From: an uncultured Candidatus Saccharibacteria bacterium
GTDB lineage: Bacteria; Patescibacteriota; Minisyncoccia; Minisyncoccales; Staskawiczbacteraceae
Length of the DNA: 37,764 nucleotides
Direction: 5' to 3'
Assembly (NCBI GenBank): GCA_964404005.1
Contig: CAYOIH010000003.1
Location: 1 to 37,764, forward strand
In this document: positions 32,373-37,764 of the stretch, in pieces
How positions within the stretch are numbered: the stretch's first letter is position 1
How the letters are laid out: the number at the start of each line of letters is the position of its first letter
Position numbers and translations under genes: made by a program
Notes under the pieces: model-generated
The model's database searches: none
Told to the model about the DNA's origin: nothing
What the model saw: the letters and a program-made list of their open reading frames with translations, nothing else

Positions 32373-33542
32373 ATGGCAAAAGTCCAACCCCAAACAGAAC
32401 TAAATTTATTTTCACAAGACCCGATAAATTGTCTCAATTTAGATAATCCGTTTTTCACTTCGCATTTAATCACATATATTGGAAACAAAAGGCGGCTATT
32501 ACCCTTTCTTTATAAAGGTTTTTTAGCAATAAGAAAAAAAATAGGTAAAGATAAAATTATTGTGTTTGATGGTTTCTCGGGAAGCGGTGCTGTTTCACGA
32601 TTATTAAAAGCATTCGCAAGCGAGCTTCATGTGAACGATTTAGAGGACTATTCTGAAACTATAAATAGTGCTTATCTTGCTAACAAATCAGAAATAAATA
32701 TGGAAAAATTAGGCGAATATATAAACTGGTTGAATGAGAACAAATTAAAAATAAAAGGTAAGCCGAAGGGCTTTATAGAAAAAAACTATTCTCCAAAAAA
32801 AGATAACGATATTCAGCCTGGCGAGAGGGTTTTTTATACAAATGTTAACGCGAAAATAATAGATAACCTGAGAAAACTTATAGACGAAGTGCCAAAGGAA
32901 TACAAAAAATTCTGCTTAGCATCACTTTTAGTGAGATCGTCTATTCATACCAATACATCAGGCGTTTTTAAGGGTTTTCATAAAAATAATGGTAATGGGC
33001 ACTTTGGTGGACGTGGAGAGAATGCGCTTTCCAGAATTAAAAAAGAAATTAATCTTGATATACCTGAACTTTCTGATTTTGAGTGTCCGGTTTATGTACA
33101 CAAAAAAGATCTAAACGAACTGGTAAAAGATGAGAATCTTCCTACTTTCGATTTGGCTTATTACGACCCTCCGTACAATCAGCATCCATACGGCTCTAAC
33201 TATTTTATGCTGAATATAATAAACGGCGGTAAGCCTATAGAAATACAAGATGGTGTAAGTGGAATAGCTAGGGAGTGGAACAGATCCGATTATAATAAAA
33301 GAAACTCCGCCGAAAAAGCGATGGATCAGCTTTTGTCCGATACTCGAGCGAAATTTATAGCTATTTCTTATAACAACGAGGGGATAATACCGATAGAGTC
33401 ATTCAAAAATATTCTTTCTAAATATGGTAGCTGGGATTTAATGGAACAAGATTATAATACTTACCGTGGCTCAAGAAATTTACGAAATAGAGATATAAAG
33501 GTTAAGGAACAGCTTTGGGTTCTTGAGAAAAAGAGTGCCTAA
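32373..33542 (+). CDS. Alpha-class (Dam/D12-like) N6-adenine DNA methyltransferase
   Basis: YIGNKRRLL, FDGFSGSGAVS (motif I), VND, YYDPPYN (motif IV), ISYNNEG. Confidence 0.9.
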   Translation: MAKVQPQTELNLFSQDPINCLNLDNPFFTSHLITYIGNKRRLLPFLYKGFLAIRKKIGKDKIIVFDGFSGSGAVSRLLKAFASELHVNDLEDYSETINSAYLANKSEINMEKLGEYINWLNENKLKIKGKPKGFIEKNYSPKKDNDIQPGERVFYTNVNAKIIDNLRKLIDEVPKEYKKFCLASLLVRSSIHTNTSGVFKGFHKNNGNGHFGGRGENALSRIKKEINLDIPELSDFECPVYVHKKDLNELVKDENLPTFDLAYYDPPYNQHPYGSNYFMLNIINGGKPIEIQDGVSGIAREWNRSDYNKRNSAEKAMDQLLSDTRAKFIAISYNNEGIIPIESFKNILSKYGSWDLMEQDYNTYRGSRNLRNRDIKVKEQLWVLEKKSA

Positions 33543-34384
33543 ATTTCGCCTAATTTTTGCAAGCGAGTTATAGATTTATCGATAACCATTAGCATAATAC
33601 CTACTATTTCTTTCTCACTCCATTTTGGCATCCTGGCGAATATCGTTGCCGGGCAGATTTGAGTGTCGCCATGGCGATAGCAATTAACATAAATTTGGTT
33701 CAAAGGAAGCCAATCGTTTCCAGCTATTAACCTCATTAGAATAGAGGAGTCTGTTCCCTTAAAACGAGAACTGTGAGATTGTTTTTCAAAAATGTTGAAA
33801 TCTTCTTTAAGAAAAAAGTCGAATCCTTCCGCAAAAACTACGTAGGGATTATAACCATAAAAACTTGTGAGTGTTTTGATGGCATTAGCATTTTTAGCAA
33901 ATCTTTCTATTGCATTACCTTGTGCTTGTGGTGGTCTTTGATCCCTAAGAATAGAACTATCGAGGCCCTTCTTTTTCCAATCAGAGTCACTGATTGGAGT
34001 ATAGCCGTCGTACTCACCTTGATGTTTTACTTCCAAAGAGCCGATAATATGGTTAAAATTATCTTTTTTTGATTGCACAAAAAATATACCGCCATCGGGT
34101 TTGATCCCGCCAGCTGAAGCATGCGCTTGCAAACTCTCCAATTTCCTTTCCGGCAGGTGAGCTAATTTAGCTCCACGATTTATATAAGCGGTAGCATATT
34201 TGGCGTCTAAATCAGTAAGTCCTAATGTTTGGAGATTATTGAAACTTAACTTAGGATATTTTTTTTGTATAGTTTCCCAAACAATATTTGAAGCGATTTT
34301 GGCCGTATCTTCTTGCCCCTTTGACAAGAGATTAAAAGGAGGGCTCATGCGAGTTTTTAAATGTTGCCTATGTTTTTTTTCCAT
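33539..34384 (-). CDS. EcoRI-family type II restriction endonuclease
   Basis: IKPDGGI...LEVKHQG...QGNAIERFAKN...PYVVFAEG matches the EcoRI motifs PDGG, EAKHQG, GNAIER..KN, PYVLFLEG. Confidence 0.85.
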   Translation of the reverse strand: MEKKHRQHLKTRMSPPFNLLSKGQEDTAKIASNIVWETIQKKYPKLSFNNLQTLGLTDLDAKYATAYINRGAKLAHLPERKLESLQAHASAGGIKPDGGIFFVQSKKDNFNHIIGSLEVKHQGEYDGYTPISDSDWKKKGLDSSILRDQRPPQAQGNAIERFAKNANAIKTLTSFYGYNPYVVFAEGFDFFLKEDFNIFEKQSHSSRFKGTDSSILMRLIAGNDWLPLNQIYVNCYRHGDTQICPATIFARMPKWSEKEIVGIMLMVIDKSITRLQKLGEI

Positions 34385-34514
34385 AAGATTGATACTATTA
34401 AAATAAGCGTATCACAAAAATTATATTTTTGCCATCTCTAAAATTTACTTTGCAACAAAAGGTTGTAAGTTTGCCTATTGCAATTATTTCTTGTATATGC
34501 TATATAAAAAATAT

Positions 34515-35159
34515 ATGGCAAATAAAAACATAAAAGGATGGGACTCACTCCATCCAAAACAACAGCAACTATACGAACTTCTGCTTAAAAATAGTGAAGG
34601 GTTGACTCTCGAATCTATGAGGGAGGATCTTGATGTAAGCGCTATAAATACAGTTGTGTATCACCTAAAACAATTGGAGAAAAAAGGATACATACGCAGG
34701 CAGGGAACCAACGGTAGAATAGAAGTGCTTTCGGCGCCGGTTCAAGATATAGTTTACCTTAATCTCTATGGCATGGTGGGCTGCGGACCGGATGGATTTT
34801 TCAACGGCGACAATGTTGTCGATAGAATTCCATTCCCGGCCAAAAGAATGCGTGTAAATGCAGGGTCGTTTTTGGTTGAGGCAAGAGGGAATTCAATGGA
34901 GCCAATGATTCATGATAAAGATTTGGTTCTCGTTGATGAATCTCCAGTTAACAGTGGAGATGTCGCTGTTGTTGTTTACGGCAACGGTGCCGTTTTAAAA
35001 AAGATTTATAAAGAAAAAAATAATATTATTCTTCAATCACTTAATCCGAAAGTAGAACCGTTTGTTGTTAATTCGGGTGAAATTACCACAGTTGGCATTG
35101 TGCGTGGCGTAGTTCACAATTTCAGCGAGAGGAATTTAAAAGTCAAAAAAAGCCGCTAA
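34515..35159 (+). CDS. LexA-like S24 repressor (wHTH plus self-cleaving peptidase)
   Basis: TVVYHLKQLEKKGYIRR wHTH, VGCG cleavage site, GNSM Ser, VLKK Lys. Confidence 0.88.
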   Translation: MANKNIKGWDSLHPKQQQLYELLLKNSEGLTLESMREDLDVSAINTVVYHLKQLEKKGYIRRQGTNGRIEVLSAPVQDIVYLNLYGMVGCGPDGFFNGDNVVDRIPFPAKRMRVNAGSFLVEARGNSMEPMIHDKDLVLVDESPVNSGDVAVVVYGNGAVLKKIYKEKNNIILQSLNPKVEPFVVNSGEITTVGIVRGVVHNFSERNLKVKKSR

Positions 35160-35178
35160 TTATTAGGCGGTTTTTTTG
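35146..35178 (+). terminator. Intrinsic terminator overlapping the repressor stop codon
   Basis: A-run GCCGC.TAAT..ATTA.GCGGT T-run. Confidence 0.7.
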
Positions 35179-35322
35179 GGCGTTTAAATCGGAGAAGGAG
35201 TTTCCTTCCCGATAGAACTCCGGTTCGATTCCTTCGAGAAGCTAGTTATGAATGAGTTTAGCTTACACTTTAACTTTATCATACTGACACCCAAAAAAGC
35301 AAATAATAAACAATTAAAACAG

Positions 35323-35469
35323 ATGAGCAAAGAATCAAAAACAGTCACACATGGACGAAGTGCTGAAACTGGCCGTTTTACTACGGTAGAAAAAGCCAGA
35401 GAGCATCCAAGGACACATGTAGTTGAGAGAGTTCCAAAACCTGGATATGGTGACACAAAAAAGAAATAA
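35323..35469 (+). CDS. 48-aa basic protein with GRSAETGRF motif
   Basis: MSKESKTVTHGRSAETGRFTTVEKAREHPRTHVVERVPKPGYGDTKKK; A-rich leader; next ATG 1 nt after stop. Confidence 0.7.
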   Translation: MSKESKTVTHGRSAETGRFTTVEKAREHPRTHVVERVPKPGYGDTKKK

Positions 35470-35470
35470 T

Positions 35471-35827
35471 ATGATACAACTTTTATGGCAAAAATGCCAA
35501 GGAGATGTTTGGGGTTCCTTCTTGAACGTTGATTTGAGTCACAATCATTTCGATAATATGGAAGGGGTTTATGTAATTTGGCAAGGCCGAGGACCTGTCG
35601 TTCGAGTTGGTCAGGGTTTCGTTAGGGATCGTGTAGCCGATCATCGCACAAATAGAGCGGTAACAAGGTACAACAATTTGTATGTGACTTGGGCTTCAGT
35701 TCCGGCAATATATCGCGACGGCGTAGAGCGGTATCTTGCTGATACATTAAAGCCAGTAGTAGGCGACGCCTTTCCAGACGTCACGCCAATTTCGGTTAAC
35801 TTACCCGAATCTTGCAGAATATCATAG
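35471..35827 (+). CDS. Divergent GIY-YIG superfamily protein
   Basis: GVYVIW...VRVGQG..RDRV..H...VERYL...LKP. Confidence 0.65.
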   Translation: MIQLLWQKCQGDVWGSFLNVDLSHNHFDNMEGVYVIWQGRGPVVRVGQGFVRDRVADHRTNRAVTRYNNLYVTWASVPAIYRDGVERYLADTLKPVVGDAFPDVTPISVNLPESCRIS

Positions 35828-35950
35828 CCAATTAGGATGATGTAAAAGGAAAGCCACCATAGGGAAGGATGGTGGCTCCCAAAAACTTTGAGTATTTTTT
35901 TAGGGTTTTTGAATTTAAGGAGTGGGCTTAAGTAAATCAAAACACATATA

Positions 35951-37444
35951 ATGAGCGAGAAAACAGAAGACAAGGTTTATTTTTCGGACATATTTCAGGT
36001 TGAACATTCCGTAGTCGAAAGCTATGGAGCTTTAGATATTTCTCTTGTTTGCGATAACCCGGCCTTTGTTGATCCTTTTCTCATTTTTGCTAATCCAGAA
36101 TATAAAAATCTCCATGATTTTATTGTTGCCTATTTAAGATTTTTGAGGGATTTATCCATAAAAAATCAGGGGCATGATTTAAACGATGGAAATTTTAATC
36201 AATATTATAAATTTCCAGAAGTAAAACAGGCATGGCTTGGCTACTCAGTTTCTGGCAATGCCGGCTTGGGACTGGGTTTAGAGTTTGCAGAATCTCTGTA
36301 TAAAAATTTGCATAAAATTTTTTCAAAATTTGGAGATGAAAAAATAACAGAAACTTCGCATCTTGAAAAGCTTTGTCTGATTGAGAATGGGGTGGGCGTG
36401 GACAAGATAAGCGATTTCACCTTAAACCTAATAAAGAAATTTTTGCTGGGATATACTCAGGAATTTGCGAATAAATATTTAGACGAAAGATTTTTAACAG
36501 ATTTTGCCGTACGTAAGGTTGAATTTAATTTGGAAAAAGGCATTTGGATGGATGCACATTTTATGTTACCTACGCTAGAACGTGATGGCAAAAAGGATTT
36601 CGTATTACTTGTTCCAAAAAGTATACTGGCCAGGGAAGATACATGGATTTCCAGAAATGATTTTTTGGAAAACGATGTGGCGATTTTTGAAGCTATCCCA
36701 AACTCCGAGTTACGAGCCAAAGTAAATAAGTTCTTTTTTGATAATCTGAAAATTAAATTCGGCAAGGATAAAAAACCAGAAAAAGATTATTCAAAAAACA
36801 GCAAAGCGGGCGCCTTGTTAAAAACTGTTTGGGAGTACCCGGACATATTAGATTATTACATTAAATTAAAGGAACAAAAAAAGAATGATGCGTTGAAAAT
36901 GCACATCGCCGTCCCGGAAGACATTAATTTTTTTCTTGATGCCGGAGAAATAAAGAAAGAATTCGCCAAGAAAAAGATAGAAAAAATGACGTCTTTCGAC
37001 GATTGCATAGCCAGACTTTATTTTTTTAAAAAAACATTGGAGTCGAATAGTAATGATTTGTATTTAAAGGGAAAGCCTCTTCAGGAAAATCAATTACAGT
37101 TAATGTTCAAAAATACAACCTATGGTAGCTTGTTTGACTATAATTCAGAAGTTGATAATGGGAGAGGTCCGATTGATTTTATAATTTCCTATGGCAGTCA
37201 AGATAAGGCCGGACTGGAGTTAAAACGCGCATCGAATTCAAAGCTTAAGAAAAATTTGCTTAATCAGGGGAAAATTTACCAGGATGCAAGTAATCTGAAG
37301 TGTGTTATAAAGGCGATTTTTTTCTTTTCTGATGTGGAGTTGCAACGAGTAAACGGAATATTGCAGGAGATAAGGAAGCCCGTAGATAACAGGGAAATTT
37401 TCTTAATTGATTGCCGGAGAAAACCCTCTGCTTCAAATGTATAA
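35951..37444 (+). CDS. Putative PD-(D/E)XK nuclease, candidate defence protein
   Basis: C-terminal EVDNGRGPIDF...GLELKRASN (E...D...ExK); N-terminal FVDPFLIF, GVDKISD. Confidence 0.55.
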   Translation: MSEKTEDKVYFSDIFQVEHSVVESYGALDISLVCDNPAFVDPFLIFANPEYKNLHDFIVAYLRFLRDLSIKNQGHDLNDGNFNQYYKFPEVKQAWLGYSVSGNAGLGLGLEFAESLYKNLHKIFSKFGDEKITETSHLEKLCLIENGVGVDKISDFTLNLIKKFLLGYTQEFANKYLDERFLTDFAVRKVEFNLEKGIWMDAHFMLPTLERDGKKDFVLLVPKSILAREDTWISRNDFLENDVAIFEAIPNSELRAKVNKFFFDNLKIKFGKDKKPEKDYSKNSKAGALLKTVWEYPDILDYYIKLKEQKKNDALKMHIAVPEDINFFLDAGEIKKEFAKKKIEKMTSFDDCIARLYFFKKTLESNSNDLYLKGKPLQENQLQLMFKNTTYGSLFDYNSEVDNGRGPIDFIISYGSQDKAGLELKRASNSKLKKNLLNQGKIYQDASNLKCVIKAIFFFSDVELQRVNGILQEIRKPVDNREIFLIDCRRKPSASNV

Positions 37445-37643
37445 CGGGTTTTGAGCAATTTTTAGGGGTTTTGTGAGGTTGCCAGAAAAAAGACGGGTAT
37501 TTGCTGGTCTGGAGGCAGGAAGGGCGACCGGCAGCGCATAGGCTTGACTTATTGGAGGGTTTCTGGTAGCGTCAAAAATAAGAACAAATTAATAAATTAT
37601 TAACCATTTCCCGCAAGGGAGCGTGTGGCAGGTAAAAAACCTG

Positions 37644-37670
37644 TTGACATGGCTGCATCAGTGGTATAAT
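37644..37670 (+). promoter_or_regulatory. Promoter reading out of the window
   Basis: TTGACA-15 nt-TATAAT with TG extended -10. Confidence 0.6.
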
Positions 37671-37764
37671 AAATAGCAAGAGGAGTAATCCTCGTGTTGT
37701 TAATAACAACAAACTACTTACGCCACTCGCATGCAGCCAGTGGCGTTTGTAGTTATGTTATTAG

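Larger units (their letters stand above)
26720..37764. mobile_element. Genomic island: inovirus-like module, phage-type MTase/TerS-like pair and defence block (right boundary not seen)
   Basis: Abrupt switch after the rplK terminator to phage-like and defence genes; no integrase or att site identified in the window. Confidence 0.65.

Noticed and set aside
25383-37555. 13-bp direct repeat CTTGACTTATTGG at 25383 and 37543 as attL/attR
   Set aside because: Both copies coincide with -35 promoter boxes, and the pair would enclose essential secE-nusG-rplK
1-37764. CRISPR array, tRNA, rRNA, integrase or transposase
   Set aside because: No regularly spaced repeats, cloverleaf or recombinase/transposase motifs recognised by eye; tRNAscan/Infernal would be needed to exclude them fully

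Overview
AT-rich bacterial chromosome segment, most likely from a Patescibacteria/CPR (Parcubacteria-like) genome. That assignment is inferred from A-rich SD-less starts, a single-chain mitochondrial-type PheRS, a stand-alone SWIB protein and a DUF11 surface protein. The left ~26.7 kb holds housekeeping and transport genes (RhuM-Fic, thioredoxin/permease/rhodanese, CorA, SanA-like, DEAD-box helicase, BaiN-like flavoprotein, P-type ATPase, Ca/Na antiporter, GT4, otsA/otsB, EamA, pheS, gyrB, ybaB, secE-nusG-rplK). Four self-contained orphan gene cassettes that do use Shine-Dalgarno sites are interspersed among them. Directly after the rplK terminator an ~11 kb island begins. Its first part is a filamentous-phage (inovirus)-like virion module: two paralogous coat-like proteins, pVI-like and pIII-like proteins, a hairpin-dense non-coding region and a chain of ATGA-coupled micro membrane proteins, with no recognisable pI/Zot ATPase, Rep or integrase. 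This runs into a ParB-methylase plus an orphan small-terminase-like gene and then a defence-type block (alpha-class MTase, EcoRI-family endonuclease, LexA-like repressor, tiny basic protein, GIY-YIG protein, PD-(D/E)XK protein). Other highlights are a nested in-frame 24-nt palindromic repeat inside the flavoprotein gene and a membrane-sensor-fused OtsA. No tRNA, rRNA or CRISPR array was seen. All family calls are from motif recognition by eye, not from database searches.
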